Shown one piece after another: positions 1-12,700 of a stretch of 64,000 nucleotides of DNA. The stretch is from Phoronis australis (Eukaryota; Animalia; Phoronida). The translations under genes were made by a program, and so were the position numbers. A model generated the notes under the pieces. That model saw nothing but the letters and a program-made list of their open reading frames with translations. It did no database searches and had not been told where the DNA came from. Position 1 is the first letter of the stretch; each line of letters begins with the position of its first letter. The stretch lies in contig NMRA01000010.1 of NCBI GenBank assembly GCA_002633005.1, positions 1,584,982 to 1,648,981 on the forward strand, read 5' to 3'.

Positions 1-94
1 GTAATTAAAATAAATTGTTAGTCATTAGCTAATTTTATAGCCAGCAACGGTTAGCAAATCAAATCAAATCAATATGTCAAAACAAACGCCAATA

Positions 95-389
95 CAGGGG
101 CGTATCTAGGATTTTGAGTTGGGGGGTAGGGCACGGGAATAACCAGAATTTCGACACATGCGCTCGCCCAGCCTAAAATGTGGGGACGCAGAGGCCTCAA
201 ATGTTTGGGGTTGCAGACCTGTTGACTAAAAAAAACTTAACATGATTTGTTCAGTTTGTTCGGGGCCTATGCGTTGTTTATTCACCCCCGACGAGCCCCT
301 GCTTGCGTGCACCCGAACTCCCAAATTGTATGTGGTAGAATTTTAGGGGGAGCCACGGCCCCCTTGCCTCCCCCCTAAATCTGCCACTG
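95..389. mobile_element. MITE / non-autonomous DNA transposon (CAGTGGCGGATC-type termini)
   Basis: The left end CAGGGGCGTATCTAGG is an imperfect inverted repeat of the right end CCTAAATCTGCCACTG. CAATA flanks both sides (90-94, 390-394). A related right end (CCTGGATCCACCACTG) is at ~6689-6704 and a related left end at ~60571. Confidence 0.6.
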
Positions 390-752
390 CAATATAACAC
401 GGTAAAAATAGAGAAATCACGTAAAATCAAAGAATCTATCAAAATCAGGACACAGAACCCCTTCTTGAATTGGGAATGTGTTCTTCAATTATCTCCCTCT
501 ACCGAGTGACATCCTTATCAAGCGTACGCCGGAAAACTCCCCAGTTTGTCTAGTCGTCAGCAAAGTCCTGGCGGATCAGGCCGAAACGTTTGCTAGCATC
601 CGGCAATTTCAGTTTCTCAAGTAATTTCGCTATATTTACCATGTCATCAAAAGACAATGATCAACCTGTTTTGCCGAACTAATATAACAACAGAACAAAC
701 TATTGCGGTTGCAAAAACCTACTTGAAATGAATCGGATATTTTCTTTTGCAG

Positions 753-3700
753 TTCTTCCAAATGTCCTCAAAATAAAAAAGCACGAAATAAATAATCACA
801 AAGTCAAAGTGAGTGAGTATCATGAAAAACTTGGATTCCGACACCCAGAAGAGGATGCTTCTCAACCTGCTGTCCGTGTACCGGAGGACGTATTGGTTGG
901 GCCTCTTAATAAAGCCGTTGTCGAATTTATTTCCACGAGGATAGATTGTCGTCAGTTATTTGAAAGTGAGTTGCAAAGACACCACGGTAAGCTGAAGTGG
1001 GAATCCTGCTCTATGGACAGTTTTCTTGTGACTTGCGAGTTGTCGAGCCCCGTGCAAATTATGGAATTGCCGCATCCGTGGGAGGAAATGATCAAGACTG
1101 CTGTTGAGAATTTTTTGGATAAGTACTGCAGTGAGCACATCAACGTTTTGCAAGACATTTGGGATGATCTGGTAGAAACCCTTCCCGATAGCATGAAAGG
1201 TTATGAAAAAGAGGCAGTTATGGAAAAAAGTGATAATCAACACATCATCAAAATCACTGGATTGAAGAGAGTTGTTGAAGCGCTGGCAACAAAGATAAAC
1301 AAGGAGAAACAAAATTTGGAAGATGAATTCGATCGGAAATCTCGGGAAGTGACGGAAACCGTAACTAAACTGGAAGATTACGAGCTGCGTTTCTTACATG
1401 AAAGCGGGATTGATTTACTCGGTTGTAAATGCAAAATCGATTTAACAAATGCAGTAATTCAGTTTACTGGAATCCCTCTCGACGTTAACAAAGCAAAAAC
1501 TATGATGTACGAAATTCTTCGGAACCTTGATTCAGAAACTATTGGTTCCACTCCGGCCATTTGTCATCTGCTACAAAATCCCGAATGTCAAGATTACATT
1601 TATTCGCAATTCCACTCACAAAAACTGGCTGTTGCCTTGAGTAAAACAAATAACGATATCACTGTGCACTCGTCGTACAAGACATCTGCAAGAGAAGCTG
1701 CGAAAATCGTGAGCCAGGAGCTCAAGGAAGTCAAGATACCTATTGAGAAAGAATCGACTGCCGTCCTCAAGAGTTCAAGTTGGCAAAAAATTAAGGTTGA
1801 TCAACTGGAAAAGTACAAGGGATGTTTAGAAATTATCGAATGTTCTGATTTCTCCCACCTTGTCGTTGCGGGAACAAGCCATGTCATTGCCAATGTTTGC
1901 GAAGTTGTACAAGATTTTATTGACCAAAACACGATCTACAATGACAGCTTCGCCTTGAGTCGTGGACACTTTCGCTTTATTGTTGAATACAAACGCAATA
2001 AAATTCACGAGTTCCAAGAATCACTTAAAAAACATTTTGTGGCCATTGAGATGGAGAATGAACTCTTGGTTATAAGAGGAACAAAGTTGGGGCTTGGTTT
2101 CGCAAAGAAAAAGCTGCAGGAGCTTCTCTCGACAATTCGCTTCAGAGGCCATGATGTAACAGAGCCAGGAATGGCGGAATTCTTCAGTCAAGGTCGGGGC
2201 AAAACTTTCTTGGAAAGTGTTCAGGGCAACAACAATTGTATAATTGAAGTAGTAAATGATCAAAGTACTCGTGATGAAGTCGAACCAGGATTTGTTATGC
2301 TGGACGAAAACGACAATCGCGCTGCGTTGCAGGTTTCGAAGAATGGAAAAACCTTTAAGGTGATTCAAGGTGACTTGACCAAGCACAAGGTGGATGTGAT
2401 TGTTAATGCCGCCAACGGAGAGCTCCGCAACATTGGAGGACTTGCTGGCGCCATCTTAAAAGAAGGTATCTGTCTGTTAGCTATGTGATTTTATTTTGTA
2501 AACAGTGCAATTTATTCAGTTAGGTTATTACCGTTAATTTATCTCATGTCTTATATTTATTCACGTCATTCAATTGCACCAGTAACTTTAGTTCTGCATA
2601 GTAAATGGAATTGTCACACTTTCACTTTTGGTGCTGACATTGCAACTTGTTCCCTTTAGGTGGGAAGAGTATACAAGATGAATGCAACAAATGGGTTGAA
2701 CAGCATGGTAAGTTGTTACCAGGTGGAGCCGCCATCTTGGGGAGTGGAAAGCTTCCTTGTCGAAACATTGTCCATGTAGTAGGGCCCCTGTGGAGTGGAG
2801 GTTACAGTAACGAAGAGAACTACCTGTTTGAAGGAATTTCGAGAGCCCTTGAAGTTACTGAAAAGAAACGTTTAGCTTCGTTGGCCATTCCAGCAGTTGG
2901 TGCCGGTGTATTTCGTGTGCCTCTGAAGTTATCCACTCGGACTGTTGTCAGGGCAGTTGTTGACTATTTTGAGTCTAATCCACAATCATGTATTAAAGAA
3001 GTTCATTTTGTTGACCCTCAAGATGGAATTGTCCAAGAGTTTTGCAATGCAGTCACCACTGAAATCGGACTGTCCGACATGCCATCAAGCTCCTTGCGAA
3101 CTAAAGTTGTCCCGGACTTGCCAGAAGGTAAGCTTAATATTCTTTATTTTCATAATGCCGAGTCCACTTGTAGACATTAATCATACTATTTCTTTGATAT
3201 TCGTCTCGCGTTTTATGCAATTGTTTTTTAAATTTCAGAATTTTCTTCGAACTCAAGTGAAGTAGCAAGTACATTCAAAAAGACTGCATCCAATGAATTA
3301 ACAACCCAATCAGGCGTAGTTATCAAGATGAAAAAAGGACAACTTGCCGATGAGAAAGTAGGCTGCATGGCAGTGTGCATTTATGAACTGAAGGGTCATT
3401 TCGGCAGACTGGGAGTGGGAGATCAGGAGAGAGAAGGGAGCGTGTAATGTAGAAGGCGGGGAAAGGGAATTGTTCTTACCGTTTGTATGGGAACGTTCCT
3501 TTTGTGTAAACGGGTCTAATTATCAAGTACAAGACATTACACAACTTCAATTGTTCGGCAGTGTGACCGAATGGACAAATGATGGGAAATGGTATAGAAA
3601 TTAGTGAAAGATAATCTTTAGGAATCTTGTTTTCGTTCTATTTGGTTGGCCACTCAGCAGATCGTTTTGTTCTTGAGGTTGATACGGCATTGTGATGACG

Positions 3701-6700
3701 TTATTCATGTCATTTGATCAATTTACCACAAAAATTTAGCTGAATTTATCATTCCAGGCTGCCGTATTAGTCAACACAGTAGGGACTGAACTGAATCTTT
3801 CTCATGGCGCTGTCTCAAATTCCCTGCTTAAAAATGCGGGGGCACAGCTACAACAGGAGTGCAGTAGGCTACACCCGAATGGCATCAAATACGGAGAGGT
3901 CTTAGATACCAAGGGATTTAACTTGAAGTGCCAAAAGGTATACTACTTAGCTGCCATGCAATTTGGAACACCACAGACAGAACGCGTAAGTCATACTTTC
4001 GACTGAAAACTTTATGAGGTATCTTAATGGAAATATATAAGGGTTTTGGGTAATCGAGTTTTTTATTCTTCATTCGTGTCAACCAATGCCATTTGATAAC
4101 CGTTTGACGTGCGAGTGCTCGGTCGCCTGAAAAGGGAAGTTACGTGCAAGTGTTTAGGACAACATGACAATCAGGGAAACTAATCTGTAAACCTAAAGTT
4201 CGCAATTGTCCAGCGATGATTCTTCCCGGTCATTTAAGCATTCAATTGACTACATGTTGTTATCATGAGTCATTAGAATGGCACCATTAAAAAACAGAAA
4301 ACATTTCACCCCGGAGTATGAAGTCACTGCGCGCATGCACAACCTGCCTCAAATAGAATGCTGCAAGTACATAAAATTAAGTTTGATATTTATGTATGGT
4401 CTATTTCCATTTAGCTGAAGTTAAGTTTAATTCTTGCATACTAGATTCTTCGACAAACCATTCGTGAATGTTTGAAAAAGGCTGACCGAGAAAGCTTGGG
4501 CTCTATTGCATTCCCAGCAATTGGTACCGGAAATCTTGGGTATCCGCGTGATTTTGTCGCTCGAGTGATGTTTGAAGAGTTTGGCAAGTTCAGCGAAATG
4601 TCCCCTCTTCATCTTAAAGACATTCGAATAGTCGTTTATGACAAGGATGTGCCAACTTGTCAGGTGAGTTGCATTTTGTTGAAATCTATGAATAGTTTGA
4701 CGTGTTCTAATTTGATATCGGTCAATCTGTCGTCTCAAACTCCCTGTAAGAGTGAGCATTGCCTCCACACACATACATGTAGTTCATAAACCTCTTGTAG
4801 GATCTGGCCCCGGCGTTTTTAATGGTGTTCATATGAAAATGATGAAGATGAGAGCTATCAGACAGTAAATTCACGACTTGTCTGGTCTCTGACTTTAATG
4901 TTACAAGAGACTGATATTAAAAGAGTGTGAAGGAAATGTTGTCTATTGGAGGAGTAGTGAGATAAATGTGTCACAATTTTGCAGGAACTGCGCCAGGCCT
5001 ACTTCAGTGAAAAGGCAGTGTCTATTATCTAAATTCCAAATTTGACACTTCCGATGACGCAATTGCATTTGATGCCTTAAACTTTAAACCTTAAATTAGC
5101 GTTTTTTTGGAACATTCATAGTGCTGGTTGTACTTAAAAACAGGAATCTTGGGCAGTGAATTCGAATGCTCTCCGGGGTGTAATTTCTATCCGGTGAGAG
5201 TTTCGACTTTAAAGTTAACTCCAACTTCAACTTTAGTTCCGGCTTTAACAACAACTTTCAAACTTCATTTTGTTTGGTTTTCGAGACTTGGGCAATTTTA
5301 GCGTCGGATGTTGACAACGTAAACTGAGGATGTGTTGTAAGTTTGTGGTTTTGTATTACATAATTAGTGTTAAATAAAGCGTCCTTTATCTACTCTTATC
5401 TAATTCTGTTGTTTCGCTCTTTGTAAGATATTACCACGCTTCTTTCACTTGCGATTCAATTGAACTAAAAAATATACAACGCTGCTAACATTTTTACCCT
5501 GACGAAACAGTCAAAAAGTGAGTGCTGGATACTCCACCAATTCGTGCAGTAAGGTGGGCACAGCTTTATACAGCATAAACTTAGCTACTGTTATTTTTGT
5601 CAAGGTCATGTTCGTTGACACACTAAGTAATGACACAGTGAAACTTGTGTGCTTTTGGTCAATAAATGCTATCATGAGTAGAAAAAATTATCTGACAGTA
5701 TTGTATTGTTTTTGTTAAAGTAGAAACAATTTCAACTTCAGTTTTATAAAAATGATGCAATTGTTTTTATGTTTTGTTCATTAATTTTTGGTTAGTTTTC
5801 TCGGTTCGTACCAGCATTTTTCGTTACTTATATTCTTAAGCTCAAGTCATACACCATAGCCCCCCCCCCCCCTTGGCTGCCGCAANNNNNNNNNNNNNNN
5901 NNNNNNNNNNNNNNNNNNNNNNNNNNNNNNNNNNNNNNNNNNNNNNNNNNNNNNNNNNNNNNNNNNNNNNNNNNNNNNNNNNNNNNNNNNNNNNNNNNNN
6001 NNNNNNNNNNNNNNNNNNNNNNNNNNNNNNNNNNNNNNNNNNNNNNNNNNNNNNNNNNNNNNNNNNNNNNNNNNNNNNNNNNNNNNNNNNNNNNNNNNNN
6101 NNAGATGGGAATTTTAATAGAAGCCTTAGTGAATCACTCAGAAACTCGCAATACTCTCTTTGTCAAACCTTATGTTAAGACGATTTCCAAAGCAATCCCC
6201 GGTCATTATTGCCAACACGAATAACGGATTTGGTCTTTTGGGCATTTTAAGACTATTTTGAATACGACAAATTTGTTAAGAATCGATGGCACAAAACGTG
6301 TAATAAGCATTACAAAAAGAAGTAGGTTTTGCGCGCAAACGCTGTGGACCTTAAACAAGTACGTCTCTTAGTAATTGATTAGTGGTGTAGTGGTAATGCA
6401 CGCGCGCTCTATGCGCAAGGTCGTGAGTTCGAGTCTTTGGTACTTGCAGTTTTTCCTGTTTGACGCGTTCTCCGTGTTTTTTTTTTCCTTTTTTCTTGGT
6501 TAATACTTCGGAAATCAAGGAAAATAATTGATTTTTAGAGGTCACACCAGAAAAATTTCCTGGGCGGGAGGGGGGCAAACCCCCCTCCCGACCTCCCCCC
6601 ATTTGGTGCTATGCGCATCTACAATCGTGGTTCAGTTTGCGCAAATGTTTACAACCGGACAAAATGTTGGGCCCCCCCCTTGTGATATCCTGGATCCACC

Positions 6701-9700
6701 ACTGTACACTGATGCTCTTGTGCCTCCGAGTAGTAATTTCATGACCCTTGTGTCGCCCATAACTCATGGCCAACGTGTATAAATTATGCATCCGTTTGCT
6801 TTGTCGTTTGCAGCAGTACTCACGCATTTAATTGTTGATAATGGCGGTTTCAGGCCTTTGAAGCTGAAATAAGCCGATTGACTAACCACCCCAAGACTTC
6901 TAAACGCCATGATCGTGCTAAGCGAAGGAACCAACAGATAGACGTAATTGAAGAGCCGTCAGGTAAAAAGGCCGGTAATTCTGTTGTCTAGTGCATGGTT
7001 GAATTGTCACAAGTGGAAGGTTTCTTCTATTCTTTTATTGGGGACTCTTCCGTCTTGACAGATCAGCCGAGAACAGCTTTCGATGTTGAGATGTGTCACT
7101 GAGACGTACGCTTCCAACTGTTTTTTTTTTTATTTGTTAACTTTCATAATAGTGGACCCTCATAATGAGGCTTTGGAGTTGTGTGCTGTTCCCGGTCATC
7201 ATGGCTAGTGGTAGTTCAGTCATCACATCATTTTTTGGCCCAAGTACGATTAGAAAACAGACAATTGCCGCACAAAGAAGTTCATGTTAACTCAACGTTA
7301 CGTCTTGTTCAACAAGACATCATCAGGAAATGTACAGTAGGACAACAAGTGTCGACTTCATTCAAGTCACATCCATGTGGTGAAATGAGAGTGAGAGATA
7401 CAGGGAAAGTACAGTCATTGGCTTTATTTCCAGGCGCAGGCACACCGAGCAAACCAGAAATCTCCATGGACAAAGATTGTGCAAAAATTGGACACCTATT
7501 AGTGCGTGTTCTTCAGGGAGACATAACAAAACAAATGACGGACGCAATAGTGAATCCCACTAATAATGATTTGGATTTGACCGTTGGTAAGATTAAACAT
7601 TTCCTTGCACCAACATGTATGGCTTGTCAAGTAATTTGATACATTGTGAGTGGTTATGGTTATAAGTGATTAGGAAATTCGTTGGTCTGTGACTGACCTT
7701 ATGCAATGCTAGCCAGCACTGGCCCAGTTCAGGTGTTTTTCTGTCTGTAAGTCACTGGCACTGACATCGTATGCACCATCACAACATGAGAATGGATGAT
7801 AAGTGTCCGAAACCGTTCATAACTACATGTATGTAAAACTTCCGTCTATCTCCTGAGATTGTTCCCTTACACTTAACTACTGGCACTGCAAAAATGATGG
7901 TTGGTAGCGATGAGGTTAAACATAAAAATTTAGTGTTTTGATTCTGGTTGGCTTTTTAGTCTAACTTTTAAGTAAAAAAATTAGCCTCTTATCTTAAACT
8001 CTATCTTGAACACTAGTAAGTTTGGTCTTGCAATATGTTATGGGGATCGCTTTGAGTCCCTAAGTGCCATACATCAATCTCAAATTTGATAAACTATTAG
8101 GCTTACTGGTTTGTTTTGTCATGCCACTGCAAGAATCATCTTTAAATTCAAACAGCTGTGATTACACCCGCACGCATTGGTGTTCCATTCAAACACCTAT
8201 TCAATTCAACTGTTACCACATTTTGTTGTGTCTGCTGGGATATCACGGTGATGCAATATGACACGAAAGGGCAGCTTCACATGTCGTTTAACAAGCCTAC
8301 ATTTGCGTGATTAAACTCAGGTTTTCTTATTTTTCTAGAAGCTAGGACTTCCTAGTTAGCCCAATGGCATCTAGGCAAAATTCTGTTAAGTTTTAAAATT
8401 TACCCATATGTGTCACTACTGTTTAATTCATTATTTTCATTTAGAGAAATATCTGCTAGAAGGAATTGTCGTGTTTGAGGTGCTTCCATTCATTAGGGTC
8501 TCCTGGATTTCAGGTGAGGTATCCCGTGCCATTGCGAAAGCTGGAGGTTCTGCTATTGCCAAGGAGTGTAAAAGACTTAAAGGTATACTTATAAAGTGAT
8601 TGATCGATACTCTTATGCATTACAACCGTGTGATAAAGTGCAGTAAATAATAACTTTTATTTAAGTTGGCTGAAACACTGAATATTCAGGGTTTGTTGAA
8701 AGCTGCATATTTATAGAACCTACATTTGAGATGTTCACAAGTTGTATAATTATCTACTTGCTCACACTATTTTCGGTTCGGTTGAATTCTCGTGACATTT
8801 ATGACATTTCAGATTCAATCTTATCTATCGATCATCGTCTGCAATGATTTGCCAGCACAAGTCCGTGGATTATTATCATTATTGCTGTCACCCCAACCAT
8901 GGTCATTGTAGTCATGTCTGTCGTCATCACCATCTTTAGTACCTCATTGCTGTTATCATCATTGTCCATCACTATCATCATTTTTATCCCATTCTAGGCT
9001 TCAAAATGATCACTGTTGTGACAAATAACCATTTTATCATGATGTCAAAATCTAGAAAGAGAAGATGCCTTTTGTGCTTCAAGTGATTACAAACTGCATA
9101 CTCTTTCACTAGTGTGTAGTCTTAATCATGTAATGCAAACCTACTATCCCCGTACTTTTAGGGATGTTGACTGATGGATGTGCAGTCACTAATGCAGGTC
9201 GATTACCATGTAAACACATTCTCCATGTTGATATCCAATCCACGTCAACATCAGAGGCCGTTAAGAAGGCATTACGGACTGCCAATTCTTGTGGTTTTAC
9301 ATCTTTGAGTATGCCAGCTGTTGGTACAGGTATGTCCTCATTTATCAGTGTTGGCAACAGCTGAGGTGGAAAAGTCTTTTAAATTGATTTGGCACTAAGC
9401 ATAGAATGATTGCTCTAATTGGTCAAAGTATGGACTGGATAGTCAAGCCCTTCTGAGACAATTTTTTCACATTAATTTAAGTCTCACTCCTAGTGCATTC
9501 CCATCACCCCTGATGGGAAATATAGCATCCAGTGATATCAGTCCTCAACCAAGTCATACCCTGTGGATCAAGGAGGCAACAACCACAGTGACTGTAGACT
9601 TTCAGATATTCCTCATTGAGATGTCTGTAATGTCACACAAAGCACAAACTATTTACTAGTGTGCAGGTACCAGTTTCAAATACTTTGATTACAGCTACTT

Positions 9701-12700
9701 CGCCTGATAAAATAGAAGAGCAGGCTCAAAATCTCTTTGGAGCAATTGGGAAAAAAGCGTCAGAACTCAATGTTTTGCTTTCGATAAACATTGTAATATA
9801 CCAGTCACAGATGGTGAAAGTTTACAAGGAAGCGATGCATAGTGTGTTTAGAAATCAGGGACAGAAGAGCCTGGGAAGACGTAAGTAATATATCAGGCGA
9901 AAGCCATGGTACGCAATCGAGTATAATATCAGACTATCAAAGACACTGGTGAGATAGTTGGATTATTTGAAACTACCTTTATATAGCTGTCATATTTTTA
10001 TTTCCAGCATTCTTTCGTTAAGGTGCCAGGGTGGGAGGTTATAAAATTTGAAAAGGTGGAGCGTTCAATACACAAATCTCTGTTGTTGCATTCTGAAAGT
10101 GGATAACTGTGTAGTTGCGTTTCTCACTCATAATCAGTTGTTTATTGATGTCACCCCGTGTTTGTTTCTCTGATTGCCACCAAATGCCAACCTTTGTACA
10201 TTAATTTTGATATTTAAATTGTTGGGGCACATGTTTTTTGTCACGTAGTTTTACTGTTTGTATACCTATTACTAGGACAAATTTGTTATGTAACAGATAA
10301 AATCGGCACACATAGCTTACGTGGGTTCTACACCTATTTATAAAATACATATTAAGCACTAACAGCTCTCAGTTCAGCATTATGCAAGTTCTAATTGAAG
10401 TAACTAAAATCACCTGTGTTCCATCTTATGCATGCTCTTTAACTGTGGTTTCACTTGTACCCAGAGTCTCTGTGCGCAAATCATTGTAAAAAAATTATTT
10501 ATAATGATTTTATATTGCATTTTTTCACTGTATTTTTACTTTTTCTGTCGTTAGCTTTGTTTTTCTTCTTAAGTATATTGTCTTTTTTAATTTATTGTAA
10601 CTCCGTGGGCAGGTGTTAGCGGCCCGTACACTGCCCGCGATGGCCACCCAGTCATATAGCAATGTATGTTAAACTTTTTATATCAATCTCTCTCTCACTC
10701 TTTGCAGGATTTTTGGATTACATTTCTGGCAGGTCCGATGAAGAAGAGGCGAAATATAGTGTACCGTCTGCCTCGGACCTACATTTCCAGTTCTATGCTG
10801 AAAACGACCAAGACATCGACAGTGCTATATCTAGGATCAAAGAGTGCTGCAGAGAGGAAGCCACCGATGAAGTAATGGATGCAAATCAAAAGGAAGATTA
10901 TGACGTCATTCGTATTCTGACTGATACAGAGGTAATTAAGCGGAATCCAACATAACATGAATCAACTGTTTTCAAGACCAATTCATGTTCCAGCAGTAAC
11001 AAAACTAGGCACATGTTTTTCAAGTAACAATTCTTATCTGATGATATAATGTTGCCTTATTATTTTGGCGTTGATGGTGTCACATGAACCTTGACCTTGT
11101 TGCAGGTTAAAGCAATCGAATCACTTGAACATCGGCACTTTGTTAAAATAGAGGTGGAGAAAAGTGCAAGGGTCAACCGCATTCGTATACGAGGAAGAAC
11201 GGATAACGTTTTCAAAGTAAAGAATGAAGTTGTAAACATTTTACATTCCGCCAAGCAGCGGGCTATGTTGGAAGACCAAGCTGAAGTGCTAGGAAGTCAT
11301 GTGCAATGGGTGCGCCAGGATGAGGGTATGTATGTGTTGCCTGTCAGTGAAGTTTCCTTCCATTACTGTGCACGAATGCTTATCCAACGGGACGGGTGTG
11401 TATACACGACATCGATAACAGTTGGGTGAATTGCAGAATACATTGTTTGGTAGGTATCTGTCTATAAAGCAGAACACTTGTAGATAAGATCCTACATATC
11501 CTTACAGTTGTTGATGTTGTTCTCACTAAATAAATGATAACATGGTTACAGATTCTTGGGAACCATATTCGAAGGTAGTAAATCTGGCTATTGAACAGGC
11601 GTTCTTAAAGGAGGAAAAGTTTGTGTGTTTTGAAGACGAAGACGTTAAATGTACAATTGATTTTGACAAAATGGAAGAACGTGAAGTTGATGACAACACA
11701 TCCGTGTCAAAAGTCAAAAGAGTCACAACAGGTGAGTGCTGAAATATATACCCACACCAATCACTTTTAAGACACATTGAAAGGAAAATTCAGGGAATTC
11801 TGGACGTTTTAGCTGATCAGATGTAATTGTTACGTTATGGTCAGTAGTAACTAAAGATGTCGCTACCAGTGTCTTAGTATTGTAGGCATGTTCTGTTACC
11901 TACTTCCGGTCCCGGTGGATGTTTCATGTACTCTCAATATATATGCCTTAGTCACAATCGTATCGATCTTCATCTTTGGTCCGAGACCAGCATAGAAACA
12001 TAACATGGTGGCAGTGGCACGAGACGAGCCCACACCTGACGCGGAGACCACCATTTCAACACTGCATTGTGGTTTTTGCAATTTTTTTCACCCTAAATAA
12101 ACATTGCCATACCGGTGAGTTTTTTCCAATTTACTTTACAATACCCCAACGCCACACCGCCACGATGTCAGACGGAGAAGACAACCCTCAACCAACGCTC
12201 CACAACCCCAATTTACTTGGGGTGAAACCACCCTCCTTTCATTGGAAAATTGACAACTTACCCAAAACGTTCCGAAATTTTAAGAGGTATTGCAACCTGG
12301 TTCTCAGCACTCCTGCATACACCAGCCAATCACCAGCGACTAAAGTGAGCTATATACTCTGATGGCTGGGCCCCAAAGCCTCGAAATTTTTTATTCCTGG
12401 TCCCTCACGCCCACACAGCGAGATGACCCGACAACAGTTTGAGATCGCTTCGAGAAGTATTTTGAGCCAAAAGCAAGTTTTCGTCTTTGCCGTTTTCAAC
12501 TTAGATGACACACAAGACAGCAACGAATCTATCGACGACTTCTTTACGCGTCTTCGACTCCTCGCGGAGAAATGCAACTTCGGCAACCCAGTTGCTACAG
12601 ACGATGCAATACTTGATCAAATTATGCAAGGGGCAAACTCACAACAAGTTCAGAAACTACTCGAACAAGACCCGCACAAACTCAAGCTGAAACATGGTCT

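Noticed and set aside
558-598. Hammerhead-ribozyme-like GTC...GGCCGAAAC with AGCAAA/TTTGCT pairing
   Set aside because: There is no CUGANGA core and no stem I after the putative cleavage triplet.
728-2488. Stand-alone 586-aa single-exon gene from the ORF track
   Set aside because: It is one large internal PARP14 exon (acceptor 751-752, donor 2466). The ATG and stop codon lie in introns.
6378-6445. tRNA gene
   Set aside because: Only A/B boxes are present; no acceptor stem or complete cloverleaf can be formed. The same applies to 26548-26640. Both are treated as SINE heads.
9661-9694. Alternative acceptor at 9666 for the PARP14 exon
   Set aside because: It is out of phase with the upstream donor and reaches a stop codon. 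The acceptor at 9694 keeps the frame.
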